Notes: generated by a model not told the origin, from the letters alone. A stretch of DNA of 42,124 bases from Candidatus Micrarchaeota archaeon (GCA_037444485.1 JBBIMI010000006.1:1-42124); one strand, 5' to 3'. Positions 9,853 through 19,756 are shown, counted from the stretch's first letter. Made by a program: numbers and translations.

Positions 9853-11667
9853 TTGTTTTTGAAGTCAAGCGTTTACTTGAATGGCCGCTTTGTTGGCTTT
9901 CACGAGAATGGAGAGAAGCTTGCGCGCGAGTTGCGTGAACTGCGCAGGAACAACGGGCTTCCGCTGCAGACGAACGTTGCGTTCAACAGCCGCACGAACG
10001 AAGTTTTCGTGAACACGGACGAAGGCCGCGCGCGCAGGCCGCTTATTATAGTAAAACACGGGAAAAGCGCGTTTACTGGAGAACTGCAGGAGCAATTACG
10101 CGAAAAAAAAATAGGTTGGAACGACTTGCTAGAACGCGGGGTAATAGAGTACCTCGACGCTGAAGAAGAGGAAAACGCCTTAGTCGCGCTCGACGAAGAG
10201 AAACTCACTCCAGAACACACGCACTTGGAAATCGACCCTGCCGGCATTCTCGGATTCGCTTCAAGCCAAATTCCGTTTCCCGAGTACAACATGGCACCCC
10301 GCGTGCTGATGGCAGCCCAACACGCGAAGCAAAGCCTAGGGCTTTACGCGTCCAACTTTAACCTCCGCAGCGACACGCGCAGCCACGTGCTGTTTTACCC
10401 TCAACGGCCGCTGGTTCAAACGCGCGTTTACGACGCTTTCGAAATCGCGAAACGGGCAAGCGGACAAAATTTCGTAGTCGCAGTACTCAGTTACTACGGC
10501 TACAACATGAATGATGCTGTAGTGCTCAACAAAGACGCTGTTGAACGCGCGCTCGCGAGAAGCGTTTTCATGCGCACTTACTCCGTAGAAGAAAGACGTT
10601 ACCCGGGCGGGCAGAAAGACAAGTTCGGGATTCCAGAACCATTCGTGCAAGACTACCTCGGCGAAGAAGCGTACGCGCATTTGGATGAAGACGGCGTGAT
10701 AACGCCTGAAACACCTGTTGGTCCAAACACTCCCCTCGTTGGGAAAACCTCGCCCCCGCGTTTTCTGAAGGAAATCACTGCTCTCGACATTCAAACAGAG
10801 AAACGCCGGGAAAGCAGTTTAATGACGCGCGGCAACGAAAGCGGCGTGGTGGACGCGGTAATGCTTTCCGAAACAACTGCAGGCAACAAGTTTATTAAAG
10901 TCCGCGTGCGCAGGACAGCGATTCCCGAGTTAGGCGACAAGTTCGCCTCGCGCTTCGGCCAAAAAGGCGTTGTCTCACTACTCGTCCCACAAGAAGACTT
11001 GCCGTTCACTAAAGACGGCGTCGTGCCTGACTTAATCATTAACCCGCACGCAATTCCAGGCAGGATGACCGCAGGCCACTTGCTGGAAATGCTGGGTGGA
11101 AAGGCAGCTTGCCTCGACGGAGCGTTGAAGGACGGGACAGCGTTCAGCGGAGATTCTCAAAGCGATTTCGAAGACGTTCTAGCAACGTACGGTTTTCAAA
11201 AACAAGGAGAGGAAGTGCTTTACAACGGCCGCACTGGAAGAAAAATTTTCGCGAAAATCTTTGTCGGCGTGATTTACTATCAACGCTTACACCACCTCGT
11301 CTCGCTGAAAATGCACGCGCGCTCGCGCGGACCAGTTCAAATGCTCACACACCAGCCGACAGAGGGACGCGCGAGGGAAGGCGGGCTGCGTCTCGGCGAA
11401 ATGGAACGCGATTGCTTCATCGGCTTCGGGGCCGCTTCACTGTTGAAGGAACGCATGCTGGACTCTAGCGACAAAACTATAGAACTCGTCTGCACGCAGT
11501 GCGGCAACCTCGCTGTTTTCGACAAAATCAAAAACAGGCGTTACTGTCCGTTGTGTGAAGGAACGCAGGTAAGCGAAATCGAAATGAGTTACGCTTTCAA
11601 GCTCTTGCTCGACGAAATGAAGTCCATAGGAATATTTCCGAAACTCAAACTCAAAGACAAAGGCTGA
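9853..11667 (+). CDS. rpoB1: DNA-directed RNA polymerase subunit B' (Rpo2C)
   Basis: GDKFASRFGQKG, NPHAIPGRMT, GGLRLGEMERD, C-terminal Zn ribbon. Confidence 0.96.
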   Translation: MFLKSSVYLNGRFVGFHENGEKLARELRELRRNNGLPLQTNVAFNSRTNEVFVNTDEGRARRPLIIVKHGKSAFTGELQEQLREKKIGWNDLLERGVIEYLDAEEEENALVALDEEKLTPEHTHLEIDPAGILGFASSQIPFPEYNMAPRVLMAAQHAKQSLGLYASNFNLRSDTRSHVLFYPQRPLVQTRVYDAFEIAKRASGQNFVVAVLSYYGYNMNDAVVLNKDAVERALARSVFMRTYSVEERRYPGGQKDKFGIPEPFVQDYLGEEAYAHLDEDGVITPETPVGPNTPLVGKTSPPRFLKEITALDIQTEKRRESSLMTRGNESGVVDAVMLSETTAGNKFIKVRVRRTAIPELGDKFASRFGQKGVVSLLVPQEDLPFTKDGVVPDLIINPHAIPGRMTAGHLLEMLGGKAACLDGALKDGTAFSGDSQSDFEDVLATYGFQKQGEEVLYNGRTGRKIFAKIFVGVIYYQRLHHLVSLKMHARSRGPVQMLTHQPTEGRAREGGLRLGEMERDCFIGFGAASLLKERMLDSSDKTIELVCTQCGNLAVFDKIKNRRYCPLCEGTQVSEIEMSYAFKLLLDEMKSIGIFPKLKLKDKG

Positions 11668-11854
11668 AGCCTTCAAGCTTTTCTTTCTTGAAAAGAAAGA
11701 AAACCTTGGAAAAGAAAAGAAGCTTTGAAAAAAAAGAAGGAAGCTTTTGAGAAAAAAAGCTTTTGAGAAGAGAAAGAACAAAAATAAAAAAACTTTTGGA
11801 GAAAGAAAGTGGTTTTGGGGAAGGAAAGGGTTAAGGAAAAGAGTTGAGTAAAAA

Positions 11855-14800
11855 ATGAAGGTAATCGGTTTAATTCAATTTAGTTTGTTTTCTCCAGACC
11901 AGATTCGCAAGATGAGCGCAGCCAAGATTACTGTTCCAGACACTTACGATGAAGACGGTTACCCAATTAACGGCGGCTTGGCGGACCAGCACTTGGGCGT
12001 GATAGACCCAGGCTTAAAGTGCAAGACTTGCGGGGGCCGCATGCGTGATTGCTCTGGCCACTTCGGCCACATAGAACTCGTTCGCCCCGTCGTGCACGTG
12101 AGTTTCGGAAAAATAATATACCAATTATTGCGCGCTTGCTGCCGCAAGTGCGGCCGCGTGATGAACGCTGCGACCCGCTTGGACGCGATAGTAAAGTCAA
12201 GCGAATGCCCGCATTGTGGTGAAGCGCAGAAAGCAATCAAGTTCATCAAACCAACGAGTTTTTACGAGGAAGACCGCAGGCTGCTGCAGAACGAGATTCG
12301 CGAGCGCCTCGAACGCATTCCAGACGAGGACGTGCGACAGTTAGGCTTATCGATTCGGCCAGAGTGGATGGTGCTCACAGTACTGCCAGTCCCGCCAGTA
12401 AGCGTACGCCCTTCTATAACGCTTGAAACAGGCGAACGCAGCGAAGATGACTTGACTCACAAGCTCGTAGACATTTTACGCATCAACCAGCGTTTAGAAG
12501 AAAACATTGACGCTGGAGCGCCGCAACTCATTATTGAAGACTTGTGGGAACTCTTGCAGTACCACGTTTCAACGTTTTTCGACAACGAGACAGCCGGCAT
12601 TCCGCCAGCCCGCCACCGTTCAGGACGCCAACTCAAGACGTTGTTCCAGCGTTTGAAAGGCAAGGAAGGCCGTTTTCGCTACAACTTGAGTGGCAAGCGC
12701 GTTAACTTCAGCGCTCGCACGGTAATCTCACCCGACCCAACGCTGGGAATAAACGAGCTCGGCGTTCCTGAAGCAATCGCGCAAGAATTAACTATTCCAG
12801 TCAGCGTCACCGAGTGGAACATCGAAAACTTGAAGAAAATGATTCGCGAAAACCCTGAGAAAATCAGTTACGTGGTGCGTCCAGACGGCCGACGCAAGAA
12901 ACTCACTCCTGCAAACATCGATGAAGTGCTCGGCGAACTAACTTCCGGTTACTTGATTGAACGCCAATTGATGGACGGCGACATTGTCGTCTTCAACCGC
13001 CAGCCGTCGTTGCACCGCATCAGCATGTTATGCCACAATGTGCGCGTCCTCCCCGGAAAAACCTTTAGGTTCAACGTCGCCGACTGCAGACCGTACAACG
13101 CGGACTTCGACGGAGACGAGATGAACATCCACGTTCCACAAAACGAGGAAGCGCAAAGCGAAGCTGAATTGTTGATGAAAGTAAGCGGGCAAATCATTTC
13201 GCCGCGCAACGGCGAGCCCATAATCGTTCCAGAACTCGATCAAGTCAGCGGCTTGTATATTCTAACTTCAAACGAAGAGTGGATGCTTTCACGCGAGCAA
13301 GCGAGCTGGTTGTTGAACGCGGGCGGCTTGACTGCCCGCATTCCCAAAAATGGTTTGCGCGCGAGAGAAGTTTACTCGTTGTTGTTGCCTGAAGGGTTTG
13401 ATTTCGAGTGCGTGAACAAGGCAGGCGAGGAAGTCAAAATCAAGAACGGCAAACTCGTTGCTGGAAGCGTGGACTACCGCGTCAGCGAAGCGATAGTCAA
13501 AAAAATTTTCTTAAAGCACGGCAGTGAAGCTGCGAGAAAGTATCTCGACGCTGCGACGAGGTTAAGCGTTTACGTTACTACACTCTTTGGGCTATCGTTG
13601 AGTTTGAAGGACTACCAACTGCCTATAGAAGCAAAGAAAGAAATTCATGAGATTTACAAGCAAGGCAAAAGCGCGTTGCGTGAACTCGTGCGAAAGTATC
13701 ATACGAAGCGGCTCGAGCGCCAACCTGGCAAGACGTTGAAGGAAACGCTTGAAGAACACGTTATGGATGTAGTAGAAAAAATCCGGTTCAAGTGCTGGAA
13801 GACAGTAAAACAAAACCTCAGTAAAGAAAAAATCTTGACTGACTATGGTTCCCAATTCGAACACAACAACGCGTTATTGATGACGTCCGCAGGAGTGAAA
13901 AGCAAACCAATCAACGTAGTGCAAATGTGCGCGCTCGTCGGACAACAAGCAGTGCGCGGCAAGCGCCCGCGCGCCGGATTCAAGAAACGCATCACTTCAC
14001 ACTTCAAGCGCGGCGATTTAGGTGACGAAGCGCGCGGCTTCGTCCGCAGTAGTTACATTCATGGACTCACGCCGACAGAATACTTTTTTCACGCTGCAGG
14101 AGGACGCGACAGCGTCGTCGATAAAGGCGTTAACCCAGCGAAAACTGGTTACATGCAGCGCAGGCTCGTCAACGCACTTCAAGACTTGATTGTGGAAAAC
14201 GACTTGAGCGTGCGCGACTCAAGCAACAGAATAGTGCAATTCGTTTACGGCGGCGACGGCATCGACGCGAGTACAGGCAAGCAAATAGCGTACGGCGAGT
14301 CCGTCGGCATTCTGGCAGCGCAAAGCATTGGCGAGCCTGGAACGCAGATGACGCTCCGCACGTTCCACTACGCTGGCGTCGCGAGCCTCGCGCAATTCGG
14401 TTTCACGCGGCTCGTCGAGATAGTTGACGCGCGGAAGACGCCCAAAAAACCAGTCATGGAAATTTACTTGAAAGGCGAAGCGCGCGAGAACGAGGATAAA
14501 GCGAAGGCAGTCGCAGCAAGCATAGAACAAATCACGCTCGAGAAAGTCGCGAGAATCGAAGAGAACTTCAACAAGAAACTAGTGGTCGTAACGCTCGACC
14601 GCAACGCGTTACGCGAAAAAGATATAAGCGAAAAAAACGCGGTTGAGGAAATAAGGAAAATCGCGCCCGACCTCGTGCAGGACGGGACGGAAATCAAGAT
14701 TCGCGCGAAAAACGATTCGCTGCGGAACATTCGTCGCTTGACCAACCGCTTGCGGGAAATAGTTTTGAAGGGCATTCCAGGCGTAAACAAAGTCATCATC

Positions 14801-15304
14801 GTCGAAAAAGAGGTTTTCGAAAAAGAAAAAAGCGGGAAAAGCGAAAAAGGCGAGAAAAGAAGGGAATTAACGCTGGCGACTGACGGCAGCAACTTACGTG
14901 AAGTCCTCAAAAACCCGTGGGTCGACGCGGAACGCACTACTACGAACGACATCATGGAAATCGCTGAAGTGCTTGGAATCGAAGCCGCTAGAAACGCGAT
15001 TGTTCAAGAAATTTTTAAGGTTCTTGAAGCGCAAGACTTGAAAGTTGATTACAGGCACGTTTCGTTGATTGCGGACGCGATTACGAGCAAAGGCGAAGTT
15101 AAGAGTGTTGGCCGCCACGGGCTAGCAGGCGAGAAGGCGAGCGTGCTTGCGCGCGCTGCTTTCGAGGAAACCGCTAAACACTTAGTGAACGCGTGTGTTT
15201 ACGGCGAGGAAGACCACTTGCGGGGAGTCGCGGAAAACATTATTATTGGGCAAACGATTCCGTGCGGCACAGGCAGAGTTAAACTCGTAATGCAAACCGA
15301 TTAA
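11855..15304 (+). CDS. rpoA1: DNA-directed RNA polymerase subunit A, A'+A'' fused (Rpo1)
   Basis: CSGHFGHIEL, NADFDGD active site, GYMQRRL, then AAQSIGEPGTQMTLRTFH and ARAAFEET in a single ORF. Confidence 0.96.
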   Translation: MKVIGLIQFSLFSPDQIRKMSAAKITVPDTYDEDGYPINGGLADQHLGVIDPGLKCKTCGGRMRDCSGHFGHIELVRPVVHVSFGKIIYQLLRACCRKCGRVMNAATRLDAIVKSSECPHCGEAQKAIKFIKPTSFYEEDRRLLQNEIRERLERIPDEDVRQLGLSIRPEWMVLTVLPVPPVSVRPSITLETGERSEDDLTHKLVDILRINQRLEENIDAGAPQLIIEDLWELLQYHVSTFFDNETAGIPPARHRSGRQLKTLFQRLKGKEGRFRYNLSGKRVNFSARTVISPDPTLGINELGVPEAIAQELTIPVSVTEWNIENLKKMIRENPEKISYVVRPDGRRKKLTPANIDEVLGELTSGYLIERQLMDGDIVVFNRQPSLHRISMLCHNVRVLPGKTFRFNVADCRPYNADFDGDEMNIHVPQNEEAQSEAELLMKVSGQIISPRNGEPIIVPELDQVSGLYILTSNEEWMLSREQASWLLNAGGLTARIPKNGLRAREVYSLLLPEGFDFECVNKAGEEVKIKNGKLVAGSVDYRVSEAIVKKIFLKHGSEAARKYLDAATRLSVYVTTLFGLSLSLKDYQLPIEAKKEIHEIYKQGKSALRELVRKYHTKRLERQPGKTLKETLEEHVMDVVEKIRFKCWKTVKQNLSKEKILTDYGSQFEHNNALLMTSAGVKSKPINVVQMCALVGQQAVRGKRPRAGFKKRITSHFKRGDLGDEARGFVRSSYIHGLTPTEYFFHAAGGRDSVVDKGVNPAKTGYMQRRLVNALQDLIVENDLSVRDSSNRIVQFVYGGDGIDASTGKQIAYGESVGILAAQSIGEPGTQMTLRTFHYAGVASLAQFGFTRLVEIVDARKTPKKPVMEIYLKGEARENEDKAKAVAASIEQITLEKVARIEENFNKKLVVVTLDRNALREKDISEKNAVEEIRKIAPDLVQDGTEIKIRAKNDSLRNIRRLTNRLREIVLKGIPGVNKVIIVEKEVFEKEKSGKSEKGEKRRELTLATDGSNLREVLKNPWVDAERTTTNDIMEIAEVLGIEAARNAIVQEIFKVLEAQDLKVDYRHVSLIADAITSKGEVKSVGRHGLAGEKASVLARAAFEETAKHLVNACVYGEEDHLRGVAENIIIGQTIPCGTGRVKLVMQTD

Positions 15305-15540
15305 AGCGGTTTAAAGCAATTAGATTAAAGCAATTAAAGTACTTGTAAAGCAAAGTAAAGCAATTAAAGTATTTGAAAGTTGAATAGGTTGAAAGTTGAA
15401 TAGGTTAAAGGCTACCAGGATTAAAACAAGAATTAGAGGCTGCCCCGCACTCCCAAAAACCCTTAAAACTAAAAACCCTGAAATTCGTTTTTCAATGCAG
15501 GGAATCGAAGTAGTGGCTTGAAAAGTAGTTTGAAATACTG

Positions 15541-15954
15541 CTAGCCTGCCTTCGCTTCTTTCGGCGGCGTTGCTGCTGGAGTGATTTTCGCGCGCGGAAT
15601 GTTTAAGGGCGCGGTAATGCCTAACCCGAACGCGAGCAGCGTTCCGACAGCGCTGCAAGTGTAAGTGATTGCGGTCAGCGCTTCTTCAGCGAAGTCTGGC
15701 GGCAGTTGCTTCTTTTTTTTCCAGTCGTCTTCTACTTCCTTGCGTTTCTTTTCGTTTTCTTCAACAAGCAACTCGCCTTTCACGAGCATTTCAGCGACTT
15801 TAGGCAAATATTTTATTGTATAGTCGTACTTGACGATGAGCCTGCCTTCCGCTGTTTTCACGTCTTCAATGTTTATGTTAACGTTCATTCCTTCGAGCGG
15901 CGAATCTTCGATTTTTTTTCCGCTTACTTCAATGATTCTTCCTCCTACTATCAC
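15541..15954 (-). CDS. Conserved-looking archaeal hypothetical protein (mixed beta/alpha)
   Basis: AGGTG SD before GTG at 15954; globular-looking composition. Confidence 0.75.
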   Translation of the reverse strand: MIVGGRIIEVSGKKIEDSPLEGMNVNINIEDVKTAEGRLIVKYDYTIKYLPKVAEMLVKGELLVEENEKKRKEVEDDWKKKKQLPPDFAEEALTAITYTCSAVGTLLAFGLGITAPLNIPRAKITPAATPPKEAKAG

Positions 15955-16023
15955 TTTCCAACACACCTCTCTAGTTGATTACTGAATATTACGAAATTAA
16001 AGCGTTTTAAAGCGCGGCCTTTA

Positions 16024-16165
16024 TTTTCGCGTATGTTTTTCGCGTATGTTTTTCGCGTATGTTTTTATTTTCGCGTATGTTTTTCGCGTAATTTTCGCAT
16101 TTTTTTCGCGTAATTATTCCACGCAATATTCCACGCGCTTTTATTTTACGCAATTATTTTACGCG
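16024..16165. repeat. Degenerate tandem repeat TTTTCGCGTATG
   Basis: Four near-exact units plus decayed units, read directly. Confidence 0.85.
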
Positions 16166-16214
16166 AATCGCTTTAATAAAGCCTTTGCGGGAAACTGTTT
16201 TTTCGGGTTTTTTC

Positions 16215-16904
16215 TTACAAGTCGAATTTCTCGCCCGCGCGCAGCACTACGGGCGTGGTTTTCGTGCTCGCGCGAACGCGTTTCTCGAAGTCGCGCACGT
16301 CTACACGTATTTCGGGAAACGTGTTGTAATGCATTGGAATGACGAATTTTGCGCGCATGATTTTCAGTGCTTTCACCGCGTTCAAAACATCCATTGTGTA
16401 AGTTCCGCCGATTGGAAGCAACGCGAGGTCTACTGAAACGCGGTTCATGCCGTAAAAATCGTAAGTGTCTCCAGCATGGTAAACGCTTTGACCATCTGCT
16501 TTAACGATGTATCCGACTGGATTATCACTCTGCGGGTGCTTGGCTGGCGTGACAGTAACATCGATTCCGGCTAGCGTGAACGAATCGCCTGTGCTCGCGG
16601 AAACCTTGTTTTTCTCTGCGATTGCGAGCAATGCAAGCGTTTCAGGCGGCGCTATGACGAGCGCGTTCGTGCGCGTGGCTATCGCGTTCACGTCGTTAAC
16701 GTCGCAATGGTCGAAGTGTTCGTGAGTCAAGAAAATAAAGTCGCAGCGGCGGACCGCGTCTTGCGTGACTGCCGGTGGAATTAGTCGTTCGACGCCGCGT
16801 GGCCGCGGGTCAAGCCAAGGGTCGAACAAGACTATCTTCGAGTTGCTGGAGCCTCCGAAAACGATTTCGAAGCCAGCGTGACCTAAAAAACGCACTAAAG
16901 CCAT
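16215..16904 (-). CDS. Metallo-beta-lactamase-fold hydrolase (UPF0173/UlaG-like)
   Basis: FLGHAGF, THEHFDH, YHAGDT, LPIGGTYTMD, PMHYNTF motifs. Confidence 0.92.
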   Translation of the reverse strand: MALVRFLGHAGFEIVFGGSSNSKIVLFDPWLDPRPRGVERLIPPAVTQDAVRRCDFIFLTHEHFDHCDVNDVNAIATRTNALVIAPPETLALLAIAEKNKVSASTGDSFTLAGIDVTVTPAKHPQSDNPVGYIVKADGQSVYHAGDTYDFYGMNRVSVDLALLPIGGTYTMDVLNAVKALKIMRAKFVIPMHYNTFPEIRVDVRDFEKRVRASTKTTPVVLRAGEKFDL

Positions 16905-16906
16905 TC

Positions 16907-16992
16907 CTTTAAACCCACCTTACTTTAAACCCACCCTTAATCCTTTAAATCCACCTTGCTTTAAATCCACCTTACTTTAAACCCACCCTTAA
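16907..16992. repeat. Five copies of CTTTAAA(C/T)CCACC spanning the MBL gene's SD region
   Basis: Reads GGTGG(G/A)TTTAAAG on the minus strand. Confidence 0.85.
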
Positions 16993-17058
16993 TGCATTAC
17001 GCGAGCGTAATTTAAAACCGCTTGCCTTAGTTTAAAAATCTTTTAAAAAAGCCAGGCG

Positions 17059-17601
17059 TTATTCTTCGTCGTAAGTCACGAGAACGTGCACCGCGCAGTC
17101 GCCGAGTTTCTTTCTTCCCTCGAGCGAGCTTAACTCGATTAGGAAAGCGAACGCAACGATTTCACCCCCGAGTTTTTCGACGAGTTCCTTCGCCGCAGCA
17201 GCTGTTCCGCCAGTCGCAAGCAAATCGTCAACTAAAAGCACTCTCTGCCCACTGAAAATCGCGTCTTCGTGTACTTCAAGCGCGTCGAAACCGTACTCGA
17301 GCGCGTACTCGGCGCGTATAGTGTGCCAAGGCAGTTTGCCTTGCTTGCGGAGCGGCACGAATCCCACGCCTAATTCGTGGGCGACAGCGCCGCCGATTAT
17401 GAAGCCGCGTGATTCGATGCCTGCGACAACGTCGACTTTGCCGTGGAAGGGTTCAGCTAGTTTTGTTACTACGGTGTTGAAGGCCTGCGGGTCCTTGATT
17501 AGAGTGGTAATATCGCGAAAGTTGACGCCTGCCTTCGGAAAGTCGTGCACCGACCGTATTTTTTCTTTCAAATCCGCGTTCAATTCAAGCTTTTCCGGCA
17601 T
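17059..17601 (-). CDS. apt: Adenine phosphoribosyltransferase
   Basis: DFPKAGVNFRDIT, ESRGF, YALEYG, VDDLLATGGT. Confidence 0.96.
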   Translation of the reverse strand: MPEKLELNADLKEKIRSVHDFPKAGVNFRDITTLIKDPQAFNTVVTKLAEPFHGKVDVVAGIESRGFIIGGAVAHELGVGFVPLRKQGKLPWHTIRAEYALEYGFDALEVHEDAIFSGQRVLLVDDLLATGGTAAAAKELVEKLGGEIVAFAFLIELSSLEGRKKLGDCAVHVLVTYDEE

Positions 17602-17664
17602 GTTAACCCCCTATCGAAAAACATTGAAAAACAAGCTCTTTATTTCTTGTGGCGTAATCTTTTT

Positions 17665-18183
17665 TTAAATGTCTAACAAAATGCGTACGACCCACTCGCC
17701 GCCGCGTTGTTCCACGCGCGCCTCGTGAAACGTCACTGCCTTGACGTCCGTGCGGCCTGCTTCGCGCGTGGCCGGCGAGCCGAAAGCCACGCCCCGCACG
17801 AAAAACGTTTTCTTCCCGCTTCCGCGCTTGCCTTGACTCTCAGTCTCTTCACCTTTGGCTTCAGTCCCTCCAGTTTTTTCAGTGAACTCAATTACTTTAA
17901 AGCGTTTCAGAAACAATTCGTTGACACTGCTTTCACTTAACAGTTTGCCTAAAGTGAAGACTGCGAGTTCCTCGAGGCTGTCCCCGGTTTCTTCAACCAC
18001 GAATTTTTTCGACTCGTCGAGCTTGTTCGGGTCTGCGATCGTTTCAAACATCGCGAAAGCGGCGTTCTCAAGCGCTTCCGCGAAAGTCGCGCCGCGCGCT
18101 TCAAAAAGCACGTCACTCACGTGCTCGAGAAAAACTATTTTTTTTTCCTTGTCTTCTTTCGTTTCACGCGTTTCCCGCATCAT
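17665..18183 (-). CDS. Archease
   Basis: LEHVSDV N-terminus, VKAVTFH, terminal LDI. Confidence 0.92.
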   Translation of the reverse strand: MMRETRETKEDKEKKIVFLEHVSDVLFEARGATFAEALENAAFAMFETIADPNKLDESKKFVVEETGDSLEELAVFTLGKLLSESSVNELFLKRFKVIEFTEKTGGTEAKGEETESQGKRGSGKKTFFVRGVAFGSPATREAGRTDVKAVTFHEARVEQRGGEWVVRILLDI

Positions 18184-18466
18184 TTTCGTAAACCTGAGAC
18201 AGTATTATCAACCCAGTATTATCAACCTGGAGCGGTATTAATAATAAGTTGAAGTATTAATAAGTTGGAAAACTGATTAATAACGTTTTGCGGAAGCCAA
18301 GTTTTAAGTAACTTGTTTTGGTTTAAGTACTTTGTTTTTGAAGAGTAGCGTGTAAAGGTTTTGCGCTCGTCCAGCCACTCAACGCGCAAAACCCTCCAGA
18401 AAATAAAACAAAAAAAACAAAAAGTTAAAAATTAAAAATTCGGGGAATGCGAGGCGACGAAAAAAA

Positions 18467-18937
18467 GTGTTTCCAGGGGTTAACCCTAAAAACATGCAGA
18501 AGATGCTTAAGCAGTTGGGCGTAAAGAGCGAGGAAATCCAGGCCGAGCGCGTGATAATCGAGAAGACTGACGGGTCCAAGCTCGTGGTCGAAAACCCGAG
18601 CGTTACCGCAATCGAAATGCAGGGACTGAAGACACTTCAAGTCGCAGGCGACTTCCGCGAGGCAGCCGAAAAAGAATTAAAAAAAGAAAACCAACCAGAA
18701 AAAGAAAAACTAGAAGAAAAAGAAAAACTAGAAGAAGGAAAACCAGTAGTTAGAGTAGCAAGCAAAGTAGTAGCAAGCAAGGTTGGTGGCGAGCAGACGA
18801 CTGAAATCAATGACGTGGAAATAGTAATGCGTGAAACCAATGCGTCGCGCGAGGAAGCAGAACAAGCGTTGAGCGAGGCGGGCGGTAATTTGGCTGACGC
18901 TATCCTGCGACTGCAGGAACGCGGAAAGCGAGAGTGA
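18467..18937 (+). CDS. nac: Nascent polypeptide-associated complex protein
   Basis: MFPGVNPKNMQKMLKQLG N-terminus and C-terminal UBA-like domain (DVEIVM...GGNLADAIL). Confidence 0.93.
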   Translation: MFPGVNPKNMQKMLKQLGVKSEEIQAERVIIEKTDGSKLVVENPSVTAIEMQGLKTLQVAGDFREAAEKELKKENQPEKEKLEEKEKLEEGKPVVRVASKVVASKVGGEQTTEINDVEIVMRETNASREEAEQALSEAGGNLADAILRLQERGKRE

Positions 18938-18952
18938 GGAAAAGAAAAAAAA

Positions 18953-19756
18953 ATGGTTTTAGTGTTCGTAATAGGCGCTGCAGTCATAGTCAGCTTGATT
19001 TCCTTCGTCGGAGTGTTGTTGTTGTGGCTTAACGCGAAAGCGTTGAACCGCGTTTTGCTTTTTTTCATTAGTTTCGCGATTGGCGCGATGCTTGGCGCTG
19101 TTTTCCTAGACTTGCTGCCTGAAGCCGCTGAAACCGTCGGCGTTAAAACCGCTTTCACTTACGCGCTTGCTGGCATGATTGTTTTCTACGTTGTTGAAAA
19201 GTTTCTGCACTGGCACCATCACCATGAAGGACGCCGCGAAGGATACCGTGAAGGGCATCATGAGGGATACCACGTTGAAGGCGAGAAAGAGTATCGGCAC
19301 GTGCATCCCGTCGGTTACTTGAACTTGGTTGGAGACGCAATCCATAATTTTATTGATGGAGCGTTGATTGCAGCCAGTTTTCTCGCTGGTTTTCCGCTCG
19401 GCTTTATTTCCACCGCCGCCATAATCGCGCACGAGATTCCGCAAGAGTTGGGTGACTTCAGCGTTCTGCTGTATAGTGGTTTCGAAAAAAGCAAGGCGTT
19501 GGCATTCAATTTTTTGAGCGCGTTGACGGCTGTTGCAGGCGCGTTGGTGACGTTCTTCGCTGGCTTTTCAGCGCAAGCTAATGCTTTACTTATTTCTTTC
19601 GCTGCAGGGAGCTTGCTTTACATTGCTGCGACTGACTTGATTCCTGAACTGCACAAGCATGAAGAATGGGAGGCGTTAAAGTCAATCGCGCAAGTGGTAG
19701 TGTTATTGTTCGGTATTGCAGTGATTTGGTTCGTGGGAAACGTTTTCGAGCACTAA
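18953..19756 (+). CDS. ZIP-family metal transporter
   Basis: GDAIHNFIDG and HEIPQELGD signatures; His-rich loop. Confidence 0.94.
   Translation: MVLVFVIGAAVIVSLISFVGVLLLWLNAKALNRVLLFFISFAIGAMLGAVFLDLLPEAAETVGVKTAFTYALAGMIVFYVVEKFLHWHHHHEGRREGYREGHHEGYHVEGEKEYRHVHPVGYLNLVGDAIHNFIDGALIAASFLAGFPLGFISTAAIIAHEIPQELGDFSVLLYSGFEKSKALAFNFLSALTAVAGALVTFFAGFSAQANALLISFAAGSLLYIAATDLIPELHKHEEWEALKSIAQVVVLLFGIAVIWFVGNVFEH

Noticed and set aside
16046..16342. 98-aa hydrophobic ORF
   Set aside because: Translation of the TTTTCGCGTATG repeat, antisense to the MBL gene
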